DNA of 35,601 bases, taken from Bacteriovoracaceae bacterium. GTDB taxonomy: Bacteria > Bdellovibrionota > Bacteriovoracia > Bacteriovoracales > Bacteriovoracaceae. Each line of letters opens with the position of its first letter. Position 1 is the first letter of the stretch. The stretch is from contig JABIHA010000092.1 in assembly GCA_018649885.1 (NCBI GenBank), positions 1 through 35,601 of the forward strand, given 5' to 3'. Below are positions 17,181-26,332 of the stretch, in pieces. Under the pieces are notes generated by a model. It was not told the DNA's origin. It saw only the letters and a program-made list of their open reading frames with translations, and ran no database searches. The position numbers were made by a program, and so were the translations under genes.

Positions 17181-17329
17181 TATCAGGTAATTGGCAATCA
17201 AAACAAAATGGCCTAGCCAAACTTGAACACTCTCAAACCAATCCAAACGAACCAGGCTAATTCGAGAGTTATGCGTAATTTTGCGTGGGTGGGGAGAGGC
17301 AATCGTTCCGGCGTGAGAGACCTGGCGAT

Positions 17330-18454
17330 TTAATTTGATTCTTTAGATATTTGCGCAATATATGTAACCCAAGAATCGGTCCTTAATAAAAGAGCTTGAA
17401 GTTGTTTTTCTGTCAATTGTGGTTCACGGTCATGAAGACGATTAAAAAGTTTAATTAGCTTAACCAGTGAAAGTGTGTCCTGCTCAACAAACTGAGATAA
17501 CGGCTCATTATTCAGGTCTCGGCAAATATATAAAACACGAGCCTTTCTTGTAGGCTTCCCTTCATGTATAAGTTCTCCGCTATCGTTAGGAATCCAATTC
17601 ATTACTGAGGAGTCAGGAGCAAGATTCCATAATAAATGGTTCCACATTTCCCTTAAGGACGTAAGGATATGTCTTGTTCGATCGGGATTATTGCCTTTAA
17701 AAGCCTCATAAGCTCCCTTATGCATAAGGGCCAAAGAAGGGTCTATTTCATGAAGTAATTGAACACAAAAAGAGGTCTCCTCTTTCATTTCGATTATTAA
17801 TTCTTCAGAAATATCTTCTTCCTCAGGCTCAACATGGTCTATCAAAGTTTTTAGAACTAACCCGCCTGTGAAAACTTCACGGGTTGCCCCAGGCATAATA
17901 AAGCTTGGTAGCTGAGTTAACTCAGAAAGCGTTTGAAGGGATTCTGAAAATTTATCATAAGTAAAAACTACCCCTTGAGTAATTTTTTCAAGATCGCCAA
18001 CAATAGAAGCATTAAGTTTATATGTTTGTGAGAGCGAATTAAAATTCAAACTCTTCATGATTTGGTTAGAATATTCCAGTTCCTTTGAAATTTGATCGAA
18101 AGACGATTGAAATATCCCCTGAATCTTTGGAAGTTCATATTGAAGCGGCCTGATCTTTTCAATCCAAGTTTTATGACCACCTTGAATTTCCTCAAATAAA
18201 CTAGTCGGGATCGTAACCTTGTTCATCATTAGTTTTAAATGATCATTTGCATGAGTGATGTTATTAAGCACAAGGTCGGACTTGGATAGCTCTAAGGCTT
18301 GATTAATTTGGGTCAGGCTATCTTTATAGGGCTGTAATGATCGGCTAATCTCGTCAAAAGCACTTTGATAGGGTTTTGTTAAATGAGCTATTCTCTCAAA
18401 TTCCTTTTGTATTTTTAGGAAATTTGAAAGATTTAAATTTTCGTAATTCTTCAT
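17330..18454 (-). CDS. Helical N-terminus + C-terminal predicted pPIWI-associating nuclease (HEPN-like) domain
   Basis: C-terminal GAYEAF...NPDRTRHILTSLRE...LAPD...W...GKPTRKARVLYI and a late NRLH. N-terminal ~200 aa is amphipathic/coiled-coil-like. Confidence 0.65.
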   Translation of the reverse strand: MKNYENLNLSNFLKIQKEFERIAHLTKPYQSAFDEISRSLQPYKDSLTQINQALELSKSDLVLNNITHANDHLKLMMNKVTIPTSLFEEIQGGHKTWIEKIRPLQYELPKIQGIFQSSFDQISKELEYSNQIMKSLNFNSLSQTYKLNASIVGDLEKITQGVVFTYDKFSESLQTLSELTQLPSFIMPGATREVFTGGLVLKTLIDHVEPEEEDISEELIIEMKEETSFCVQLLHEIDPSLALMHKGAYEAFKGNNPDRTRHILTSLREMWNHLLWNLAPDSSVMNWIPNDSGELIHEGKPTRKARVLYICRDLNNEPLSQFVEQDTLSLVKLIKLFNRLHDREPQLTEKQLQALLLRTDSWVTYIAQISKESN

Positions 18455-18482
18455 AGAAAAAATCTTGTTTAAGGGATAATTA

Positions 18483-19880
18483 TTAACGCTTTTTCTTCTT
18501 TAAATTAACCCAAGCTGGCTTCTTTTTTGGATTTCTTCGAGGTATTGGAGGACCAAAAATAACTACTGGAATTCTCCGCCAACCTATTACGCTTCCACTT
18601 CGCTTTACAATGCAATCCATGTAATGAGTTCCATTGTAACGAGAGGTTTCCTCAGCTTTAATATCGTTGCCCGCTCTATGGCCCAAGTCATTAGAATATT
18701 CGGCTTCTTCCCCTTCATTGCGTACTACCCATTCGATTCTTGCATCGCCTGGTATTTCATTTTGATTAGTAATATTAAAACTTATTTTGCATTCTCTTGG
18801 GATAGGACCAATCGAATTCATTTTACTATAGGTCCGATGGGAGTTGTTTTCTGGAACAGCATCCACCCTGACTTCGGGAATAAATGTTCTAATTGGTAGC
18901 TGATTACTAGCCGTTGATTCCTTTAGTAATTCATCTACGCAAATTGGAAAAAAATGCCCAAAAATGCTTGTCCATTTATCAATCGCCGTAAGAAGATCGC
19001 TGGTAGAAAGAGCCTCTTTGGCTCTACTCCTAAGATCCTCAAAGTTGTTTATCAACACACCAAATTCCTGCTCACTTAAGTGGTCAATTAAAGATTCCGT
19101 ATTGTTTACTGGATTATAAACAGTAGGATTTGCTTTTAATCGTTTAAGCAAGCTTTCAACTACCTTCAATAAGGCATCGTCATCAGCCACAATGGCTTCA
19201 CTAGGTATGTTCGGAATAGCTTCAGCTATTAATACTGTTAAAAGAATTGAGGAAGGTCCACCGGTAGCCCCATTATATTTCTGCCCACTCCAGCACTTGA
19301 AATATTGAATCAGGCGACGTACCTGACTCCGAGTAGTATCGTCAAACTTTTCTTTAAACCACACATAAATAGCCTTTGGATCACTATCTTCCCATTGGTT
19401 TTTTTCTGTTGCTAACATCCTATTATCATTCATTTCGTTTAAGTGATATGCAGGAGCATCAATATGGAAATCTCCCTCAAACATTATCCTTGAGCATTTT
19501 TCTTTAGGAGGTATCAGCACTTCCTTAACACCTTCCCCCGAATATTCACTAAGACTATTCTGGACGAAATCTTTTAATTGCTTAGGTTCCCAGCTTCCCT
19601 GCTCCGGAAGCCCGTTCCATATAAAATAGACACCTAAATCAATATCAAACTCTTTTCCATAAGTTGGGCGGATCTGGGTTCCAAACTTATAAGACCCCTG
19701 AATCCAAGTTCTAATGCGACAACCAGTCCTTATATCAAGATCAGATACAAGATATTCTGCTAAGTCATTCCATCTCTCTTGCTGTTCGCTTTGTTGATCT
19801 TGGCTTGGTGTAATTCGACGATGTAAAGTTTGTTTTTCCATATCAGTTGAATTGAAAAACAACAATTTAGCAATACCCAT
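18483..19880 (-). CDS. CBASS cGAS/DncV-like nucleotidyltransferase (CD-NTase) with C-terminal AGS-C-like domain
   Basis: QGSYKFGTQIRP, EFDIDLG, FHIDAPAY, SDPKA and YFKCW. C-terminal WVVRNEGEEA...DLGH...E.SRYNGTHYMDC (AGS-C pattern). Directly downstream of a patatin gene. Confidence 0.92.
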   Translation of the reverse strand: MGIAKLLFFNSTDMEKQTLHRRITPSQDQQSEQQERWNDLAEYLVSDLDIRTGCRIRTWIQGSYKFGTQIRPTYGKEFDIDLGVYFIWNGLPEQGSWEPKQLKDFVQNSLSEYSGEGVKEVLIPPKEKCSRIMFEGDFHIDAPAYHLNEMNDNRMLATEKNQWEDSDPKAIYVWFKEKFDDTTRSQVRRLIQYFKCWSGQKYNGATGGPSSILLTVLIAEAIPNIPSEAIVADDDALLKVVESLLKRLKANPTVYNPVNNTESLIDHLSEQEFGVLINNFEDLRSRAKEALSTSDLLTAIDKWTSIFGHFFPICVDELLKESTASNQLPIRTFIPEVRVDAVPENNSHRTYSKMNSIGPIPRECKISFNITNQNEIPGDARIEWVVRNEGEEAEYSNDLGHRAGNDIKAEETSRYNGTHYMDCIVKRSGSVIGWRRIPVVIFGPPIPRRNPKKKPAWVNLKKKKR

Positions 19881-19910
19881 TTCTTTCCTCTTGTAGTTTG
19901 TATATTGATT

Positions 19911-20885
19911 CTAAATATTGAAGAATCGAGGCTGAGGTGCTCTGTGTGACAGAATTTTAATCAGTCTTGGGTCGTTTACGTTGCCTTGAATAGAACCTGA
20001 CGCAACTCCTCTAATAGTCTTTTGAGCATTTTTTGTAGCTATATCCAACCCAATATCACGCTCCTGATCTTTGGAAAGGATTTCATCTATGCGCATGTAC
20101 CTATCCCCTAATTGGTGGCCAAGGATGTAAGTTGCATCCATTTGTTGTGCAGATATCATTGTTTGTGCAAGACGCCGTCCCCAGCCAAATACTCCAAGGT
20201 TTAAACGACCTACATGCGAGAATGAAAAATTAGTTGTAGTTGTACCTATACTTAGCATCTGGATGTCTTTTTTTGGGACTTCAAAAAAGTGCTCCGCCTC
20301 ATGTAGTGCCAAAATATCAGGCGAATTTGCATATAGCCCCCCATCTGCAAATAATTCATCTCCTATTTCAGAAATCGGAAAATATGTTGGAGCGGCTGAA
20401 GTAGCCAGTGCGACATCAACAATTTTGAGATAGTGGTCACGTACAAAGGTAGAGTGATGTGGTGTCTTAAAGATTTGTGGCTTCCCCTTTGTGAGATTCA
20501 CGGTGGGAACCATCACAGGGTGCTTTAAATCTCCAATAATGGTCTGCTCACCTACAATTTCAATTATTGTCTTTCGTAGTTCTTGATTTTCATATTTCGA
20601 TTTTTGAATTGATGAACAGAATTCTAGGAGTTCCCTTATTTTGCCAGTTGATGCAGGGCGATCAGAAAATATTTTTGAACCGTTTTTTTCAAAAGCACTC
20701 TTAATATCAATAGCGGGTCTTTCAGCGGCTAAACCCAAAGCAATTATTCCACCAATTGATGTTCCTGCCATGAGATCAAAGCAAGATGCAATTGGACGGC
20801 CTAAATTCTTTTCAAGTTCTGCCAAGATTGAAACTGTATACAGACCTAGAAAACCACCACCGCTTAAGCTAAGAATATTGAACAT
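19911..20885 (-). CDS. capV: CBASS patatin-like phospholipase effector (CapV-like)
   Basis: LSLSGGGFLG, GTSIG (catalytic Ser), FKTPHH, ATSAAPTYFP and DGG (catalytic Asp). 30 nt upstream of the CD-NTase. Confidence 0.92.
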   Translation of the reverse strand: MFNILSLSGGGFLGLYTVSILAELEKNLGRPIASCFDLMAGTSIGGIIALGLAAERPAIDIKSAFEKNGSKIFSDRPASTGKIRELLEFCSSIQKSKYENQELRKTIIEIVGEQTIIGDLKHPVMVPTVNLTKGKPQIFKTPHHSTFVRDHYLKIVDVALATSAAPTYFPISEIGDELFADGGLYANSPDILALHEAEHFFEVPKKDIQMLSIGTTTTNFSFSHVGRLNLGVFGWGRRLAQTMISAQQMDATYILGHQLGDRYMRIDEILSKDQERDIGLDIATKNAQKTIRGVASGSIQGNVNDPRLIKILSHRAPQPRFFNI

Positions 20886-21055
20886 ATAAATATTTTCCTA
20901 AAAATATTTACTTCAATAAAACATAATTTGCCTCAAATCTTTGTTTTCGATCTACTAGAATTCAAAAATTTGGCATTTCGATATTCACAATACCATGTAC
21001 GAATAAATTAAGTTTTAGAGAAATGTAGTAAAATTGATAGATCACGTCATTAGAT

Positions 21056-21126
21056 TATCAAGCCATTATAAACAAATGAGTTACACCCATTCTCTCCTTG
21101 ACATACCCCATTTAATGTAGTAATAT
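21056..21126 (+). promoter_or_regulatory. IHF consensus site and sigma70-like promoter of the small recombinase
   Basis: TATCAAGCCATTA (21056-21068) matches WATCAANNNNTTR. TTGACA (21098-21103), 17-nt spacer, TAATAT (21121-21126). Confidence 0.6.
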
Positions 21127-21167
21127 CTTTAAATAACATATTTATACTTTATTTTTAGAGGTTAATT

Positions 21168-21773
21168 ATGAATATTCCAAGAAGACGTGGAAAGGCCAAA
21201 ACGCTCTCAAAAGATGATTTGAATCGTCTCATTGCCTATCAGAAAGGAGATCGCAATGGGATCAGGAATACCTGCATTTTGTGGTTTTCGATTGGCTTAG
21301 GTTTGCGTGTCGCTGAAATCGCAAGCATCACTATCGGGAATGTGATGAACGAAGCAGAAGAAATTCGAGAATCATTTTCTTTAAAAGGAAAGGGCGATAA
21401 GTATCGCACAATTTATCTCGTTAATAAGAAAGTGCTAGATGCTCTAAATAGCTACCTCGACTATCGCAGAGAACAGGGTGAAGACTTGAACGCAGATAAA
21501 CCTCTTTTCAAATCACAAAAATGCAGTGGTTTTAATGGAACAACTATGCAAAGACTATTCAAGATCATGTTTCGAAAATGTAATTTAGACGAACAACTAA
21601 GTTCGCACAGCGGGAGACGTGGCTTTTGCTTTAATCTGATTCATGCGGGTGTTGGGTTGAAATCAGTTTCCACTCTCATGGGACATAGCAGTATCCAAAC
21701 TACAGTAGATGTTTATTGCGACGATGACGAGGACATCCTGAAGAACGTGTGCAAGAACTTCAAGTTCATTTGA
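21168..21773 (+). CDS. Small tyrosine recombinase (catalytic domain only)
   Basis: GLRVAEI, KGKGDKYR, SSHSGRR and MGHSSIQTT..Y. 201 aa, no N-terminal binding domains, GAGG RBS. Confidence 0.92.
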   Translation: MNIPRRRGKAKTLSKDDLNRLIAYQKGDRNGIRNTCILWFSIGLGLRVAEIASITIGNVMNEAEEIRESFSLKGKGDKYRTIYLVNKKVLDALNSYLDYRREQGEDLNADKPLFKSQKCSGFNGTTMQRLFKIMFRKCNLDEQLSSHSGRRGFCFNLIHAGVGLKSVSTLMGHSSIQTTVDVYCDDDEDILKNVCKNFKFI

Positions 21774-22097
21774 TTTAGCCTCAGATCACTCAAAAACAGC
21801 ATTTACCTTCCCAAATAGCCTTTCTTCCTTAAATACCCTCAGATATAGCCATAAAACGAGCTAGGACCGCCTCTCAACGCTTTAAATGGGATTCCCATAC
21901 TTTCCCATGCCCTACCCCATATAACTTATTGAAAAGACGGAGAGTAGCGGATATCTCTTGTCGAGGCTTACCATGTATCTAAGAACAACCTGCCTAGGAT
22001 CGCTGGTCAGTAGCGAAGAACAGAATATGGCTATGATTCATGGATTCGATATGGCAAAATTGCTGGAATTACCGAATATTGGAAAAGGGAAAACCAA

Positions 22098-22391
22098 ATG
22101 ACCAAAGCTGAGCTAGTTGAAAAAGTAGCGAACCAAATCAAGCTCACCAAGAAGCAGACTGAGATTATCGTCAACACAGTTTTTCAATCCATTACCAATT
22201 CTTTGGCTGAAGGGGAAAAAGTAGAACTGCGTGGTTTTGGTAGCTTTAGAATCCGGGAAAGAAATTCCAGAGTCGGACGCAATCCCAAATCAGGAGAAAA
22301 GGTAGAAGTTCCTGCTAAAAAAGTTCCCTTCTTCAAAGCTGGCAAGGAGTTACGTGCTTTGGTAGACGAGAAAGGGTTGGAGATTTCGTGA
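22098..22391 (+). CDS. ihfB: Integration host factor beta / HU family DNA-binding protein
   Basis: MTKAELV, VELRGFGSF, GRNPKSGEKVEVPAKKVPFFKAGKELR. Confidence 0.88.
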   Translation: MTKAELVEKVANQIKLTKKQTEIIVNTVFQSITNSLAEGEKVELRGFGSFRIRERNSRVGRNPKSGEKVEVPAKKVPFFKAGKELRALVDEKGLEIS

Positions 22392-22828
22392 GTTATCGAG
22401 ATACAGCTTCTTTTGGAAAGCGTCAGGAATATTCAGTTATTGCTGAGTTATTGAAGCGTGGCTTCGATGTCTATATGACTCTAGTTGATGACCAGGGAAT
22501 TGACTGCGTAGTCAGGTTGGATAACAAGAGATATTTAGATATCCAAATCAAAGCTAGATCAAAAGATGCTAAGCAGTGGAATTTCTTTTCTATGTCATTC
22601 AAGCCAAGAAAGAATCTGTACTTCATTTTCTACACAGAAAAGAATGACACATTCTGGACAATTCCATCTGCAAGAGTAAAGACGCTGGGCAGATCAAATA
22701 AAACTGGAAATAATATTGGCAGGACAAGCTTAAACCTTCCAAAACTAGAAGCAGGAGAGAAAACTGATAAATTTGAGCAGTTTAAAAATGATGATGGGTT
22801 TAAATTACTAAACAAATTTGGAAAGTGA
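22388..22828 (+). CDS. Small PD-(D/E)XK nuclease-fold protein
   Basis: GKRQEY..IAELLKRGFDVY...DDQGID...DIQIKAR. GTGA overlap with ihfB. Confidence 0.75.
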   Translation: MSYRDTASFGKRQEYSVIAELLKRGFDVYMTLVDDQGIDCVVRLDNKRYLDIQIKARSKDAKQWNFFSMSFKPRKNLYFIFYTEKNDTFWTIPSARVKTLGRSNKTGNNIGRTSLNLPKLEAGEKTDKFEQFKNDDGFKLLNKFGK

Positions 22829-23963
22829 TTATTTGACTATGCTTGAAAATAATCTTCTCAAGATATTAGGAGTTCATGATAGGGAAGATACATTTACAAA
22901 CTTACTAGCATTTTGCTTCAACAATTCTGATAAGTTCCAAAATTTATTTATAAAGTTCATAAGCAATAATAGTCTAAAACTAAACTCCACAGCTAAAGCC
23001 TACACTCGAATATCCACATCTAAATCAGGAGTCCCTGATTTAATTATAACCTGCAAAGACAATCACTCTGATACCCTCATCATTTTAGAGAATAAATTAA
23101 AGGCCGATGAAGGGAAAGATCAAACAGATAAATATGGCTCTAACGAATGTAGAGATGATCTAGTCAAAAGATTTCGATTAAACTCAGATCATTTGAAGAC
23201 ACATTGCTACTTCCTAACATTATTCCCAGATCAAAGGCCAGCAAATGAAACTTTCACACCAGTCACATATGAGAATTTAATAATTGAGTTGAATTTATTC
23301 TCTGGAGAAAAAAATGAACTGGTCAGGCAATTAACAGACAATCTAATAGAATTATTGACCCTCTTCTACGACCAAGGAAGACTGCAACCAGAAGATATAG
23401 TTTTAGAAAAACTGGAAGATTCTGAGGGAATGGATGGGGGATTTCTTTACTTTACAAATCTACTTAACTCACTAAATCTTCCTCAAACATTAAAACCTAA
23501 AGAATTTTCAAAGAATAGCAAAACAGGGAGAAGATATTATTTAACACAGCTTATCAAACCAAACTGGGCTCCAGAGGAAATTAAAGCAAGCAATCGAGGC
23601 TTGGATTATAAAAGCTTTGACCCATCAAAGCACTTCAACATACATATTGAGCCTCAATTCTCCCCATTAAACAACAGATTCGATATATTCTTACATTTTG
23701 AAACGAATCCATATCTTCCGGTTAAAGAAGCTAGGCAATATCTTGACCCAATTAAATACAAAGAGTACTTGGAGATTCGATCAAACTTTTCAGAAAAAAT
23801 TAAATTAGCCGATATTAAAGAATTCCGGGTAGGCGGAAGGTCTAATCAAATAGGGAAAGCTATTATAGATATTGGAGGCAAAAACCTTTCTCAAGCACAG
23901 GGATGCTTAAAAAATACCATTTCAAATATTGCCCATGCTGTTGATAAAATAATAGAAAAATAA
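22818..23963 (+). CDS. PD-(D/E)XK nuclease superfamily protein
   Basis: [17 protein letters not shown] and IILENK....E...Q..KY. Start may be the ATG at 22839. Confidence 0.8.
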   Translation: MESDYLTMLENNLLKILGVHDREDTFTNLLAFCFNNSDKFQNLFIKFISNNSLKLNSTAKAYTRISTSKSGVPDLIITCKDNHSDTLIILENKLKADEGKDQTDKYGSNECRDDLVKRFRLNSDHLKTHCYFLTLFPDQRPANETFTPVTYENLIIELNLFSGEKNELVRQLTDNLIELLTLFYDQGRLQPEDIVLEKLEDSEGMDGGFLYFTNLLNSLNLPQTLKPKEFSKNSKTGRRYYLTQLIKPNWAPEEIKASNRGLDYKSFDPSKHFNIHIEPQFSPLNNRFDIFLHFETNPYLPVKEARQYLDPIKYKEYLEIRSNFSEKIKLADIKEFRVGGRSNQIGKAIIDIGGKNLSQAQGCLKNTISNIAHAVDKIIEK

Positions 23964-23979
23964 TAAAGAGCTAAACCCT

Positions 23980-24678
23980 ATGGAAACTCCTCTCAGCGAA
24001 ACTGAATACGATAAGCTAGAATCCATTCTCGATCAGTTTGAGAAAGAGAATGTGATGAACCTTGAAGCAGTGGATGGTCTTTTCACAGCTTTGATTTGCT
24101 CACCAGAAATGACCCAGCCTAATATTTACCTGAGGGCAATTTGGGGTGATAAGGGGATACCCGCAAATGAATTACTCCAGAACGATCAAGATACGCAAGA
24201 TTTCATGTTTTTACTAATGCGACACTGGAATGCGGTTGTCAGAAAGTTAGATGACGATGAAGTATTTTTGCCAGTTCTATTTGAAGACTCTGATGGCAAT
24301 GCCAAAGGCAATGACTGGGCAAAGGGATTTGTTCGAGGTATGCAAATTCATAAAGAAGACTGGGCTGAATTATCTGATGATGAGGAAAATGGAGGATCAT
24401 TGGTTCCCATAATGGCTCTAGCTCATGAACATAACCCTGACCCTGAAATGCGTACCTACAAAGAACCTGTCAATGCTGAGCGAAGAGAACAATTAATTGC
24501 AGGACTATCCGCTGGAGCAATGAATATTTATAAATATTTTGAACCACATCGGCGTATGTCAGCAAGCACAGGGAATACTTTCAGAAGAGATACTCCTAAA
24601 GTTGGTCGCAATGAACCCTGCCCTTGCGGTTCAGGACGTAAATACAAGCGTTGCTGTGGTGACGTGACATTAAATTAA
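23980..24678 (+). CDS. yecA: YecA/UPF0149 family protein with SEC-C motif
   Basis: [24 protein letters not shown] and C-terminal [21 protein letters not shown]. Confidence 0.9.
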   Translation: METPLSETEYDKLESILDQFEKENVMNLEAVDGLFTALICSPEMTQPNIYLRAIWGDKGIPANELLQNDQDTQDFMFLLMRHWNAVVRKLDDDEVFLPVLFEDSDGNAKGNDWAKGFVRGMQIHKEDWAELSDDEENGGSLVPIMALAHEHNPDPEMRTYKEPVNAERREQLIAGLSAGAMNIYKYFEPHRRMSASTGNTFRRDTPKVGRNEPCPCGSGRKYKRCCGDVTLN

Positions 24679-24723
24679 ACAAGGGCAATTAATTGTTTAT
24701 AAAACAATAATTCCCTTCCCCAC

Positions 24724-25713
24724 TCACTCACAAACATTATATTTTTTATTTAGTTCATTTATCCTACCCTGCCAATAATCTGGGTTCGGCTGAACAGTAT
24801 ACTGACGATCATCTTGGCTTACTTCCGCAATTTCAGAAAAATCATATTTATCTACAAGCTCCTCTAATGTAGATGCACCATTTTGCTTGAAACCACTCAG
24901 CCAATTATCGTTATTTAATGATCGAAGTTTATAACTATTGCCTCTAACAGTAATTAACAAAAATGAACTTCTATTTAATTCCTTCGAATATACGAATCTA
25001 TGTTTAGGCCAATTAATCGAGCTTGCGTAAGATGGCTCTTGGATTTTTGAAGGCTGAGGGGATACCTTTACATACTTAATTGCAGGTGTTTCTGAAAATA
25101 TTTTTTGGATATCTGCCCATACTTCCTCTTTCGATCCCTCAATGCGAATCAATTTATTTATTAGTTCTTTAGTTTCTAATACGCAGAAGACAAACAATAT
25201 GCTTCTACGTTTTCCTCCAAAGTATTCCCTAAGATCATGGAAGGCTTCCTGAAATTTTTCGCAAATTCTTGGAAGTGTAGCACTGTTACAGTTTTCCAAA
25301 GTATGAAACCATAAACCGTCAAGTTCCTCCCTGAGCAACTTTTCTAAATCCTTGCGCAGGTTTTCCTTTGTTGCATTGTGTGCTTTTAATTCAATGTTCA
25401 CCAATTTCGATGACGGTGACGGCGTCTCATATAAGCTAATGTCAGTTCGTGCACTTAAAGGGGTAGCACCTGATTGGACATAAGTTTTAACTGTTGGGGT
25501 CTCCACTGAATAAAACCAGCGGGACTGCTCAAGAACATTTGAAAATATGATTTTTGATTCTTGTTCACTGATCCGAATCCTTTTATCCCGATATTCTGGG
25601 AATATTAAATGAGGCCGACTAGGGTGATCATCAGTCATTTTCCATAACTTTTCTGACACTATCTTAGAAAGGCTCTTCAATTCATCAATTAAAGTCATAG
25701 GACTTGTATCCAA
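24724..25713 (-). CDS. Putative PD-(D/E)XK-fold nuclease with extra C-terminal domain
   Basis: RISEQE, YSVETPT, ARTDISLY, NIELKAHN and KDLEKL. Confidence 0.6.
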   Translation of the reverse strand: MDTSPMTLIDELKSLSKIVSEKLWKMTDDHPSRPHLIFPEYRDKRIRISEQESKIIFSNVLEQSRWFYSVETPTVKTYVQSGATPLSARTDISLYETPSPSSKLVNIELKAHNATKENLRKDLEKLLREELDGLWFHTLENCNSATLPRICEKFQEAFHDLREYFGGKRRSILFVFCVLETKELINKLIRIEGSKEEVWADIQKIFSETPAIKYVKVSPQPSKIQEPSYASSINWPKHRFVYSKELNRSSFLLITVRGNSYKLRSLNNDNWLSGFKQNGASTLEELVDKYDFSEIAEVSQDDRQYTVQPNPDYWQGRINELNKKYNVCE

Positions 25714-25739
25714 AGGGCTTCCGATTCCTAATTAATCAA

Positions 25740-26105
25740 TTACAGATTCTTGGCGAGTTGGTATTTTTTGTACCTCGTAGCCGTTCTAAAAAGATTACCT
25801 ACTCGAAGTGGAATTCTCTGCGAATCCAACACATATCCACGTTGCTCCATAATCTGTCGGACCATGTGACCGCACATTTGCTTGTATCTTATCAATTTAG
25901 AATTATCCCCCTCCCTGAATCTGAACTCTTTAAACTCATTGATGAGTTCATCCTGAATGGCTTCACAAGCCGGTCTTCGCAAATAGGTGGCTGTATCCAT
26001 ACGAAGCAAAATATCAGAGGTTGTTAAGAAATTCCAAAGACGAACCCCAAAATCTGACTCGCTGATATCGGAAAATTTGTTGGGTTTATAATCCTGAAAG
26101 GTCAT
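25740..26105 (-). CDS. Hypothetical protein (~121 aa)
   Basis: ATG at MTFQDYKPNKF. Motifs KQMCGHMVRQIMEQRGY and LFRTATRY. Co-oriented with the downstream nuclease-like gene. Confidence 0.6.
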   Translation of the reverse strand: MTFQDYKPNKFSDISESDFGVRLWNFLTTSDILLRMDTATYLRRPACEAIQDELINEFKEFRFREGDNSKLIRYKQMCGHMVRQIMEQRGYVLDSQRIPLRVGNLFRTATRYKKYQLAKNL

Positions 26106-26332
26106 GGAGAGCCAAATAATTGTTGACAAAATAGTTATTAGGATGCATATATACTACATAATAAACGGCAGGTTATAAGCATAGCATATATACAGCTTTA
26201 TATACAGGCTCTTATAGCTGATTTGAACAAATACCTCCGGCTAAGGCCGTGGCGCAATATCTACGACCGTGATGGAAGATAAGTTTATATCTCTGATACC
26301 AATTTTTTAAACAATTACTTTGAGGTGGCCCT

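Larger units (their letters stand above)
16845..17292. repeat. Degenerate ~65-bp direct repeats (16845-16910 and 17230-17292)
   Basis: CTCTTAAACCAACCACAACGAACCGGGCTGAGCCGAGAG...TTTGCGTGGATGG versus CTCTCAAACCAATCCAAACGAACCAGGCTAATTCGAGAG...TTTGCGTGGGTGG. Confidence 0.7.

Noticed and set aside
16833..17246. ORFs 16833-17042, 16891-17079 and 16989-17246 as protein genes
   Set aside because: They overlap repeats and a terminator, lack motifs and conflict with each other; only the short RBS-led peptide was noted.
24680..24720. Imperfect AT-rich palindrome between convergent yecA and nuclease genes as a recombination site
   Set aside because: Position between convergent stops is adequately explained by a bidirectional terminator; no second copy seen.
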